DNA from: Oleispira sp.
Lineage (GTDB): Bacteria; Pseudomonadota; Gammaproteobacteria; Pseudomonadales; Oceanobacteraceae
Direction: 5' to 3'
DNA length: 64,000 bases
Assembly: GCA_036960605.1 (NCBI GenBank)
Contig: JBALXI010000011.1
Location: 5,869-69,868, forward strand
Every line of letters begins with the position of its first letter. Within the stretch, counting starts at the first letter, position 1. The notes below the pieces were generated by a model. The model worked only from the letters and a program-made list of their open reading frames with translations. It made no database searches and had not been told where the DNA came from. The translations under genes and the position numbers were made by a program. This document shows, piece after piece, positions 36,478 through 45,225 of the stretch.

Positions 36478-38630
36478 ATTCTTCGACCATAAAAACACCC
36501 ACAATCAAAAAAGCCTCGATAACTAAGATCTTGATTGCCAATCGCGGTGAAATAGCTTGCCGCATTATTCATACGGCAAAAAAGATGGGCATCCAAACCG
36601 TTGCGGTCTATTCAACCGCCGATGCGCAATCGAAATACGTTCAGCTTGCTGATGAAGCGATCTGGATTGGTGAGGCCACGCCTAAAGACAGTTACTTACG
36701 TGGCCAAAACATTATTCAAGCCGCAAAAGATTCTGGTGCCCAAGCTATTCACCCTGGCTATGGATTTTTATCTGAAAATGCACCTTTCTCAAAGCTGTGC
36801 GATGACAATCAGATTATTTTCATTGGTCCGCCGGCAAGCGCAATGGAAGCCATGGGTTTGAAAGCTCAAGCTAAAATCCGCATGGAAGCAGCGAACGTAC
36901 CTCTTGTGCCTGGCTATCATGGTGAAGATCAATCCGTTGATAGAATTAAACAAGCCTGTATTGATATTGGCTTTCCTGTGTTATTAAAAGCTTCCGCCGG
37001 TGGTGGTGGTAAAGGCATGCGGGTTGTTGAATCACTAGCGGGCATTGAAGATGATATTGCCGGGGCACAACGCGAAGGCTTAAATTCTTTCGGCGATAGC
37101 CACTTACTAGCTGAAAAATATCTCGCAAGACCGCGCCATATTGAAATTCAATTATTCTGTGATCAGCAAGGCAATGGTGTTTATTTATTTGAGCGTGATT
37201 GCTCAATTCAACGTCGTCATCAAAAGATTGTTGAAGAAGCACCGGCACCCAACTTTCCTGAATCCGTTCGTAAAGCAATGGGTGAAGCCGCACTAAAAGC
37301 AGCCCACGCTATTGGTTATGTCGGAGCAGGTACGGTTGAGTTTTTGTATGAAAATGGCGAATTTTATTTCATGGAAATGAATACGCGTTTACAAGTCGAA
37401 CATCCTATTTCTGAATACATTACTGGGCAAGACTTAGTCGCGTGGCAAATTAAAGTGGCCGCGGGCGAGCCGTTACCTATTACCCAAGATGATCTAAAAA
37501 TTAATGGTCATGCCATTGAAGTGCGTTTATATGCAGAAGATCCAGATAACGGATTTTTGCCAACCGCGGGTAAAATTGATGATTTCATTTATCCACAAGC
37601 CAGTAGCTTTTCATTAGATTATGAACAAGGTGTCCGTATGGATACTGGCGTCGATTCAGGGGATGAAGTTTCGCCTTTTTATGATCCTATGATTGCCAAG
37701 TTAATCGTTTGGGGTAAGGATCGTAGTACGGCCATTCGCAAACTGAAAAATGCTTTGCACCATACGCACATTACCGGCTTAACCACCAATGTTCGTTACT
37801 TAGAAAAGCTCATCGGTCTTGAATCATTTGAACTAGCACAGTTAGATACTCACTTTGTCGAAGATAATGCCGAGGCCATAAAAGCTAGTAGAGTATTATC
37901 CGATCAGCAACAACAGTTGCATCAAATTTTTGCCGCATGGTTTTTATATCGCCTGCGTTTAGAAGAGAACGGTAATAATACAATTCAGTCGAACGATGTT
38001 CACTCCCCCTGGAAAATGAAAACGGGCTGGCGCTTGAATAGCAGCCATAGCGATCCGATTGTTTTGTTAACGCCAGAAGAAAGCCGCATACAAATTCAGC
38101 CTCTTCCTTCCGGTAACTATTCGGTATTAATGGGCGAGCAGCGTTATATTATTCAAGCGCCTTCTGATTTAACAGTTTCGTCCAACTCAAGAGGTTTAAG
38201 TTCAATAGATTTAAACTCAAAAGACCTGAGTTTGATTATTAAAAGTATTGATGCCAATAGCACAAATAAAAACAGCTTAAATCAATCCATCAAAGCGCAG
38301 GTGCTACTCAGCGGCGATAAAGTCCAAGTGCATAGTCTGTATGGCAGCACGGAATTTATTAGGCCTTCGCGTTTAACGATCAGCCAAAGCGAAGAAGAAA
38401 ATGATCATGGCTTACATGCCCCCATGAATGGCTGTCTTACCGAAGTTCGCGTGCAAGCGGGTGATGCTGTTGCCAGCGGGGATATTCTGGTCATCATGGA
38501 AGCGATGAAAATGGAGCATACAATCAAGGCGCCCCATGACGGCACCATCGCCGAGATATTTTTTAAGCAAGGCGACCTGATCGACGAAGGTCGTGAGATT
38601 CTTTCTTTCTTAGATGAGAATGAAGCATGA
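36474..38630 (+). CDS. liuD: methylcrotonyl-CoA carboxylase, biotin carboxylase/BCCP (alpha) subunit
   Basis: Biotin carboxylase ATP-grasp domain and a C-terminal biotinyl motif EAMKMEH. Its start overlaps the liuC stop. Confidence 0.9.
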   Translation: MNSSTIKTPTIKKASITKILIANRGEIACRIIHTAKKMGIQTVAVYSTADAQSKYVQLADEAIWIGEATPKDSYLRGQNIIQAAKDSGAQAIHPGYGFLSENAPFSKLCDDNQIIFIGPPASAMEAMGLKAQAKIRMEAANVPLVPGYHGEDQSVDRIKQACIDIGFPVLLKASAGGGGKGMRVVESLAGIEDDIAGAQREGLNSFGDSHLLAEKYLARPRHIEIQLFCDQQGNGVYLFERDCSIQRRHQKIVEEAPAPNFPESVRKAMGEAALKAAHAIGYVGAGTVEFLYENGEFYFMEMNTRLQVEHPISEYITGQDLVAWQIKVAAGEPLPITQDDLKINGHAIEVRLYAEDPDNGFLPTAGKIDDFIYPQASSFSLDYEQGVRMDTGVDSGDEVSPFYDPMIAKLIVWGKDRSTAIRKLKNALHHTHITGLTTNVRYLEKLIGLESFELAQLDTHFVEDNAEAIKASRVLSDQQQQLHQIFAAWFLYRLRLEENGNNTIQSNDVHSPWKMKTGWRLNSSHSDPIVLLTPEESRIQIQPLPSGNYSVLMGEQRYIIQAPSDLTVSSNSRGLSSIDLNSKDLSLIIKSIDANSTNKNSLNQSIKAQVLLSGDKVQVHSLYGSTEFIRPSRLTISQSEEENDHGLHAPMNGCLTEVRVQAGDAVASGDILVIMEAMKMEHTIKAPHDGTIAEIFFKQGDLIDEGREILSFLDENEA

Positions 38631-38644
38631 TGAAAGGAAAGAAA

Positions 38645-39568
38645 ATGAAGTATCCAAATTCAGTGCGCATTGTCGAAGTCGGCCCAAGGGATGGTTTGCA
38701 GAATGAACAGCAGCCTATCTCTACCGCGGATAAAATCGAACTGATTCAGCGCTTAGCCCAAGCCGGAATTTCTCATATTGAAGCGGGCAGCTTTGTTTCC
38801 CCTAAATGGGTGCCACAAATGGCTGACTCTTTAGCAGTAATGCAGGGTATTGCGCGTAAAGAGTCTGTGCGTTATGCCGCGCTGATACCTAATAAACGAG
38901 GATTCGATCAGGCTATCGCAGCGAAAGCCAATGAAGTTGCTATCTTTGCGGCGGCTTCTGAAAGCTTCAGCCAAAAAAATATCAATTGCTCTATTGCCGA
39001 AAGCTTACAGCGCTTTGAAGAAATAATGGCGGCAGCAAAAGCCAATAACATCCCCGTGCGAGGATATGTCTCTTGTATCTTGGGCTGCCCTTACGAAGGC
39101 CCCATAACCGAAAAGAATGCTGAAGCTCATTTTGCTAAGGTCAAACAAGTCAGCCAGAAATTATTGGATATGGGCTGCTATGAAGTTTCTCTTGGCGATA
39201 CCATCGGCACGGGAACGCCGAAGTTTAGCGAGCAGCTTTTACAGACATTATTAGAAGATATTCCAAGTCATCAGCTCGCCGTGCATTTTCACGATACCTA
39301 TGGCCAAGCACTGAGTAATATTTTAATCGCACTACAAAATGGCATTGCGACCATCGATGCCTCTATTGCCGGTTTAGGCGGCTGCCCGTATGCTGAGGGT
39401 GCCTCAGGCAATGTCGCGACGGAAGATGTGCTCTACATGCTAGAAGGCATGAATATTAAAACCGGTATTGAACTGAATAGCCTGGTTAATATCGGCAATT
39501 GGATAAGTCAAAAATTGAAGCGCACTAATGGCTCCAAAGTGGGGCTAGCGCTGAAATCCTCACACTAG
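38645..39568 (+). CDS. liuE: hydroxymethylglutaryl-CoA lyase
   Basis: VRIVEVGPRDGLQNE and HFHDTYGQA motifs. ATG 38645 follows AAAGGAAAG. Confidence 0.9.
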   Translation: MKYPNSVRIVEVGPRDGLQNEQQPISTADKIELIQRLAQAGISHIEAGSFVSPKWVPQMADSLAVMQGIARKESVRYAALIPNKRGFDQAIAAKANEVAIFAAASESFSQKNINCSIAESLQRFEEIMAAAKANNIPVRGYVSCILGCPYEGPITEKNAEAHFAKVKQVSQKLLDMGCYEVSLGDTIGTGTPKFSEQLLQTLLEDIPSHQLAVHFHDTYGQALSNILIALQNGIATIDASIAGLGGCPYAEGASGNVATEDVLYMLEGMNIKTGIELNSLVNIGNWISQKLKRTNGSKVGLALKSSH

Positions 39569-39625
39569 CCTATCCGCTGCTAATATGGTACAAACGTACA
39601 TGTTTAATTTTTAGCGTTTATAATA

Positions 39626-40906
39626 ATGACAATAGCTACTACATTATCGACAGAATATTTCCACAGCATTAGCCAAGCTTTAAAAGATGCTGGGGCTTTC
39701 CGCCCCACGTTGGTAGTGGATAAAACTCGACTTGATGAAAACCTCGATCATCTCTTAGCAGTGATGCAGCAGGGGTTCGAATATCGTATTGTGGCAAAGT
39801 CCCTGCCCTCGATCCCCTTATTAAAATACATAATGCAGCGCTCTGGCAGCAATCGCCTAATGAGTTTTCACCTGCCTTTTTTATTCCATGTGGCTAAACA
39901 CTTACCGCACGCAGATGTGCTACTAGGCAAGCCTATGCCCGTTGCCGCAGCACGCCAATTTTATCAATGGCACCAATCACCCGACGGTTCTAGTTTTAAC
40001 CCTCAAAAGCAATTGCATTGGTTAATTGATAGCGTTGAACGCTTACAACAATACCAAGCCTTAGCAAAAGAGCTTAATTGCTCACTGAATATCAACTTAG
40101 AACTTGATGTGGGCTTACATCGCGGCGGCTTTAATGCCGATAGCCAACAACTGAAATCAGAATTAAACCACGCCTTAGAAATATTAAAAGCCGATAAACG
40201 TCTAATATTGACTGGCCTAATGGGCTACGAAGCTCATGCCAGCAAGATCCCTAAATTAATGGGGGGTACGGATAAAGCGTTCGAACTAGCAATGCAGTCT
40301 TATCAAGCGTGCCTGCAACAGGTGATTAATTCGTTTGGCCAAGAGTTTTGTGATTCATTAATTTTAAATGCTGGCGGCAGCAGTACTTATCCTTTGTATA
40401 AAAAATCAGGGGGGCATTCATCGTTTATCAATGAAATTGCAACGGCCTCTGCATTAGTAAAACCGATTGATTTTGATGTCCATACTCTAGAGCACCACAA
40501 GCCTGCGTGTTTTATCGCCGCGCCCGTTCTAAAGCTGGTCGCTAAACCCGAAATTCCTATGTTAAAAGGACTTTCAACGTTTTTGCGCACCGTTGGCCTA
40601 CTGCCGAAACAAGGCTGCTTTATTTATGGAGGTAATTGGCTCGCATCCCCTTGTTATCCTGAGGGCAGCAAGCGTGCAAATATCTTTGGCCATTCAAGTA
40701 ATCAAGAAATGTATGAACTTAAAGCTAATAATTCGATAAAAGTTGATGATTATCTTTTCTTTCGTCCCACTCAAAGTGAATCCGTATTTTTACAATTTGG
40801 CGAGATTGCCGTATTTGAAGAAGGTAGCATCATCGACTGGTGGCCTATTTTCCATTCAGAAAAAATCAAATGCGTAGAAAACAATAATCACAAGGAACTC
40901 GCATGA
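39626..40906 (+). CDS. type III PLP enzyme, alanine racemase N-terminal-domain family (DSD1 / D-threonine aldolase-like)
   Basis: YRIVAKSLPS (candidate PLP lysine), GLMGYEAH, and the size and layout of the D-serine dehydratase/D-threonine aldolase-like family. Confidence 0.6.
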   Translation: MTIATTLSTEYFHSISQALKDAGAFRPTLVVDKTRLDENLDHLLAVMQQGFEYRIVAKSLPSIPLLKYIMQRSGSNRLMSFHLPFLFHVAKHLPHADVLLGKPMPVAAARQFYQWHQSPDGSSFNPQKQLHWLIDSVERLQQYQALAKELNCSLNINLELDVGLHRGGFNADSQQLKSELNHALEILKADKRLILTGLMGYEAHASKIPKLMGGTDKAFELAMQSYQACLQQVINSFGQEFCDSLILNAGGSSTYPLYKKSGGHSSFINEIATASALVKPIDFDVHTLEHHKPACFIAAPVLKLVAKPEIPMLKGLSTFLRTVGLLPKQGCFIYGGNWLASPCYPEGSKRANIFGHSSNQEMYELKANNSIKVDDYLFFRPTQSESVFLQFGEIAVFEEGSIIDWWPIFHSEKIKCVENNNHKELA

Positions 40907-42081
40907 TACTCGTACTGACCTACCTATTAATTCCGGCACTCATTGTCATTGCCTGTCAAAAATTTTCGCTGCTGGATAAAGCTGGCGTCGTGGTTTTATC
41001 ATTTGGCCTCGGCATCGCGATTGCTGCGGGTTTAGATCTAACACTCTTATTTGAAGCCGATACGATTAAAGCGGTACAAAAAGATGTATCCGAAATAACA
41101 ATTGCTATCGCCCTACCGCTGCTACTTTTTTCAATAAATGTTAAAAGCGCTTTAAACATGGCAGGCGATACCATGAAAGGCATGGCACTGGCTTTACTCT
41201 CAGTTATTGTCATTAGTACTGCAGGCGCCGTTATTTTTGCCGATCAAGTCGCAGACGTGTGGCAAGTTGCCGGTATGTCTGTGGGTGCCTATACCGGTGG
41301 CGGCCCCAATATGGCAGCGATCAAAACAGCCATTGATGGTAAAGAATCTATATTCATTAGCATGGTGACCTACGACATATTATTTTCCGCCATTTATTTA
41401 GTGTTTGTGATGACCTTAGGCCAACGCGTTTTTGGTTTATTTTTGAATAAATATGAACCTAAAAATGAAACCGGTGAAGTTGATTATGCGGGTATGGAGC
41501 ACCTAGCGGATGAAACGGCTAACGGTTATAAAAAACTTACTCAAGTCAAACTACTACCCCAAACCCTAGCGGCATTATTAAGCTCTGGAATTGTCGTCGG
41601 TCTTGCATTATTTATTGCTAGCTTAGTCCCTGAAACGTATAAATCGACAACCACGATTATCGGTATAACTAGCTTAGGATTAGCGGCATCGTTTATTCCT
41701 AACATTCGCGATCTAGCCAATAGCTTTCAACTGGGCATGTATTTGATTTTAGTATTCTGTTTCACCATGGGCACGATGACGGATACCAGTATCTTCACCA
41801 ATATCGATATGGGGCTGGCGGGCTATATCAGTTTCATTCTGTTGGGTTCACTGATCATGCAAGCGATTCTTTGTAAGATATTTAAGGTCGATACTGATAC
41901 GTTCTTAATCACCTCTTCCGCCGCCATTATGTCAGTGCCTTTTATTCCGGTGATTGCCGGTGCATTAAAAAATCGTGAAATTTTATTACCCGGTTTTGCC
42001 GCGGCCATCCTGGGTTATGCAGTAGGAAATTATTTAGGCATTATCGTTGCCAATGTCAGCCGAAGTTTAGTGGGCGCCTAG
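40903..42081 (+). CDS. DUF819-like polytopic membrane protein
   Basis: About 10-12 hydrophobic segments. The family name is from memory. Its start overlaps the upstream stop (ATGA). Confidence 0.55.
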   Translation: MILVLTYLLIPALIVIACQKFSLLDKAGVVVLSFGLGIAIAAGLDLTLLFEADTIKAVQKDVSEITIAIALPLLLFSINVKSALNMAGDTMKGMALALLSVIVISTAGAVIFADQVADVWQVAGMSVGAYTGGGPNMAAIKTAIDGKESIFISMVTYDILFSAIYLVFVMTLGQRVFGLFLNKYEPKNETGEVDYAGMEHLADETANGYKKLTQVKLLPQTLAALLSSGIVVGLALFIASLVPETYKSTTTIIGITSLGLAASFIPNIRDLANSFQLGMYLILVFCFTMGTMTDTSIFTNIDMGLAGYISFILLGSLIMQAILCKIFKVDTDTFLITSSAAIMSVPFIPVIAGALKNREILLPGFAAAILGYAVGNYLGIIVANVSRSLVGA

Positions 42082-42100
42082 CGTTATATTGGTAAAAAAT

Positions 42101-42868
42101 ATGATCAGTAATAAGACTATCTTAATTGCCGGAGCGTCCTCTGGCATTGGCCGCCAAGTCGCCTTGTTATTAAGCCATCATAATAATCGAATTATAGTCA
42201 GCGCCCGCCGCCCGCAAGAACTTGAAAGCTTACGTGAAGAAATTATCGCCAACGGCTCACAAGCGATTGCTGTAACGTGTGACGCATTATCTCAACAGCA
42301 AGCACAAGCCTGTGTGCAGCAAGCGATTGATGCTTTTAAAATACTGGATATCGCTTTGTTAAATATTGGTGATGGCCCCGCCTTTAATATGAGCAAAGCC
42401 AGTGTCGACGAAATAAATCACAATACTCAATTAAACTACGGCACCCAAGTTAATTTTTTAGTGCCGTTGATTGCTCAGATGAAACAACAAGGTCATGGCT
42501 TAATCGCCCATACAAACTCGCTAGCCGGTTTTCTCGGTTTACCGATGCAAGGACCTTATTCTGCTGCGAAAGCCGCTGGGCGTATCCTTATGGATAGCTG
42601 TCGTATCGAATTAAAACCCTTTGGATTGAAGTTTGTCTCCATTTACCCCGGTTTTGTTGCGACAGAGCGAGTTAAAGGTGACGGTATCCCCTCCCCTTTC
42701 GAAATCAGCGAAGTCGATGCCGCTAAACATGTTGTTCGTGCCTTAGAGAAAGAAAAAGCAGATTATCTTTTCCCCTTTATGACTGCCAGCCTAATACGGC
42801 TAGCCAGGATTTTACCTAAATCATTAACCAGTAAGTTATTAGAAAAATCTGTTCCTTCCGATTATTAA
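42101..42868 (+). CDS. short-chain dehydrogenase/reductase
   Basis: GASSGIGRQ cofactor motif and YSAAKAA catalytic motif. ATG 42101 is preferred over TTG 42089. Confidence 0.85.
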   Translation: MISNKTILIAGASSGIGRQVALLLSHHNNRIIVSARRPQELESLREEIIANGSQAIAVTCDALSQQQAQACVQQAIDAFKILDIALLNIGDGPAFNMSKASVDEINHNTQLNYGTQVNFLVPLIAQMKQQGHGLIAHTNSLAGFLGLPMQGPYSAAKAAGRILMDSCRIELKPFGLKFVSIYPGFVATERVKGDGIPSPFEISEVDAAKHVVRALEKEKADYLFPFMTASLIRLARILPKSLTSKLLEKSVPSDY

Positions 42869-42878
42869 TTCTTAGCTG

Positions 42879-42890
42879 CTAGTTCTTACC
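42879..42890 (+). repeat. CTAGTTCTTACC, copy 1 of 3
   Basis: Exact 12-mer, repeated at 43074..43085 and 43089..43100. Confidence 0.9.
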
Positions 42891-42914
42891 TTGCTAGTTC
42901 GTAACTAGCAAGGT
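42888..42914 (+). terminator. perfect 12-bp stem hairpin ACCTTGCTAGTT-CGT-AACTAGCAAGGT after the SDR gene (no T-tract)
   Basis: Read directly from the sequence. It starts 20 nt after the stop codon. Confidence 0.4.
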
Positions 42915-42952
42915 AGTTCAAATTAAGACAGAGTAAGATCCAATATTGGGTG

Positions 42953-43032
42953 TTTGTGGAACAAATATGCGAGGCAGGGAGCCGAACTAAGGCTACAGGG
43001 ATCGTATTCACGCCGTTTTGTGGAATAAATAT
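42953..43032 (+). repeat. direct repeat TTTGTGGAAYAAATAT (42953..42968 and 43017..43032), each adjoining an ATCCAAT element
   Basis: Read directly from the sequence; 15 of 16 positions are identical. Confidence 0.85.
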
Positions 43033-43073
43033 CCAATCATGGATCGATTTATAAAACTTGCTGAATAGTTACT

Positions 43074-43100
43074 CTAGTTCTTACCTTTCTAGTTCTTACC
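43074..43100 (+). repeat. CTAGTTCTTACC, copies 2 and 3 (tandem, 15-bp register), 51-77 nt upstream of the hydrolase ATG
   Basis: Exact 12-mers read directly from the sequence. Confidence 0.9.
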
Positions 43101-43150
43101 CGCAGCGTTTCCTTCAGGTACACTCAGTTCATAATTTTTAGCTGAGCGCG

Positions 43151-44014
43151 ATGATGCAAACCCAAGAATTTCATATTAAAACAGCTGACGGCTATCAAGT
43201 TGCCGCGAGTTTATTTATTCCTAAAGGTGATCCTAAAGCCACTGTAATTATCAATAGTGCCACAGGGGTTCTGCGCCAATATTATAATAACTTTGCTCGC
43301 TTTCTCGCGGAGCAAGGCTTACAAGTGATTAGCTACGATTACCGTGGTATTGGTGGAAGCCGCACCAGCAATACAACCGACAAAGCTTTAAGCATGGTTA
43401 ATTGGGGTCGTGAAGATTATCGTGGAGTCGTCGATTGGGTTGAAGCTCACCACCCTGAACATAAGATACTCGGCACCGGCCATTCTATCGGTGGCCAGCT
43501 ATTAGGTTTATTACCCGATAATCATAGAATTTCAGCCTACTTAAATATTGCATCACAACACGCTCACTGGCGAAATTGGCGGGGAAAGTTTAAAGCTCAG
43601 AGTTTTGTTTTCTTCCATGGACTGCTGCCGGTATTTGGTTTTGCCGCTAAGCAATTTCCAAAATGGGTATTAGGTTGTGAAGCGTTGCCAAAACAAGTGA
43701 CTAAAGATTGGTCGCGTTTTGGTCGTAAATCATTCTATAGCGATATTGATGGCAAAGATTTAAAGGATGGCTTTTTAAATTACCAAGGCAAGATGCGATT
43801 TTTAGCCATTGCCGATGACCATGCTTTTGCACCCCCTAATGCGGTGAAATCACTAAAAGAAAATATCTATAAAAACGCTGACGGCGAGCTGCTTCTAATC
43901 GAGCCCAAGCACTATGGAATGAAACGCATTGATCATTTTGGATTCTTCCAAAAGACGATGAATCAACAAGCATGGCAAGAATGTGCTGACTGGCTTACAG
44001 AGCAATCAATCTAA
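43151..44014 (+). CDS. alpha/beta-fold hydrolase (COG4757-like), paralog 1
   Basis: GHSIGGQ nucleophile elbow. Colinear with the next gene. Confidence 0.75.
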   Translation: MMQTQEFHIKTADGYQVAASLFIPKGDPKATVIINSATGVLRQYYNNFARFLAEQGLQVISYDYRGIGGSRTSNTTDKALSMVNWGREDYRGVVDWVEAHHPEHKILGTGHSIGGQLLGLLPDNHRISAYLNIASQHAHWRNWRGKFKAQSFVFFHGLLPVFGFAAKQFPKWVLGCEALPKQVTKDWSRFGRKSFYSDIDGKDLKDGFLNYQGKMRFLAIADDHAFAPPNAVKSLKENIYKNADGELLLIEPKHYGMKRIDHFGFFQKTMNQQAWQECADWLTEQSI

Positions 44015-44227
44015 CCTTAAAAAATCACCCCATCATTCTTCTGAATGGAGAATGAAGGTATTTTCCTTATACTAAATATCCATTCATTACAAAATAGTAA
44101 TCGAAACAAACAATTAGAATATTATTCTAGCGATTTTAAGATTTACGTTATACAACCTATCTAGGCTCTCGTTTTGAGAAGGAGCCGGTTTCATAAGTTT
44201 CAGCATGAAAATAGATAAGGTGATTAT

Positions 44228-45079
44228 ATGACCATTAAAAATTTAACCATCACCACAGCAGATGGTTACCAGCTAAAAGCCAGCGAGTTCACGCCCATTA
44301 ATAGCAATGGCATTGGGCTTATTATCAATGGTGCTACCGGTGTTATTCGAAAGTACTATCAAGCCTTTGCCGAATTTTTAACTGAGCAAGGTTTCACTGT
44401 TTTAACCTATGAATTTAGAGGTATCGGTGAAAGCACTCAAGCTTCTGACAGCGCTCTAGCCCCTTCAATGATCCATTGGGGCCAACACGACATGGACGCC
44501 GTACTGAGCTTCTTTATAGATCGTCATCCTGAACTGAATATCAAAGGCATCGGTCATTCTATCGGCGGCCAATTACTGGGAATAATGCCGGATAATAACC
44601 GTTACGAAAGCTTCCTCAATATTGCCTCACAGCATATTTATTGGAAAAATTGGCCGCTAAAAGATAGACCCTTAAGTATTCTTTTCTTCTTCGCTATCTT
44701 GCCTATTTTTTACAAGCTAACCGGTGGCCTGCCATCTTGGGTATTAGGCGCAGAATATTTACCAAAACAGGTCGCACGTGATTGGAGTCGCTTTGGTCGT
44801 AAAAAAGCCTACATTGCTGATGCGAATGGCCAGCCATTACGAGAAGGTTTCAGCGCTTTTAAAGGGAAGATGCGCTTATACAGCATGGCGGATGATAAAC
44901 GTTTTGCGCCACCCAATTGTGTGCGTGAACTGGAAAAGCTTTACCACAATGCAGAAACTGATATTCAAACCTTTCACCCTGAAGATTATGGAATGAAAGC
45001 GATTGATCATTTTGGTTTCTTTAAAAAGAATATGAATAAAAAGGCGTGGTTTGAAAGTGCCCAGTGGTTGGAAAATTAA
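44228..45079 (+). CDS. alpha/beta-fold hydrolase (COG4757-like), paralog 2
   Basis: GHSIGGQ. It shares the blocks TADGYQ, NxATGV, YDYRGIG/YEFRGIG, NIASQH, LPKQVxxDWSRFGRK, FAPPN and IDHFGFF with paralog 1. Confidence 0.75.
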   Translation: MTIKNLTITTADGYQLKASEFTPINSNGIGLIINGATGVIRKYYQAFAEFLTEQGFTVLTYEFRGIGESTQASDSALAPSMIHWGQHDMDAVLSFFIDRHPELNIKGIGHSIGGQLLGIMPDNNRYESFLNIASQHIYWKNWPLKDRPLSILFFFAILPIFYKLTGGLPSWVLGAEYLPKQVARDWSRFGRKKAYIADANGQPLREGFSAFKGKMRLYSMADDKRFAPPNCVRELEKLYHNAETDIQTFHPEDYGMKAIDHFGFFKKNMNKKAWFESAQWLEN

Positions 45080-45122
45080 TAGTGGTTAGCAAACTCAACG
45101 CATAAAATAAATCAATAGACAT

Positions 45123-45160
45123 AAAAAAACCCACAACAGATATCCTCTGCGGTGGGTTTT
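45123..45160. terminator. bidirectional terminator between hydrolase paralog 2 and the thiolase gene
   Basis: AAAAAAACCCAC..CAGA-tatcc-TCTG..GTGGGTTTT. Confidence 0.65.
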
Positions 45161-45225
45161 AGTGCATCGGTGAGAATGCAGCTTATTTTAATATAAGCTT
45201 CTTTTTAATTTTTTCTACATTGCAA

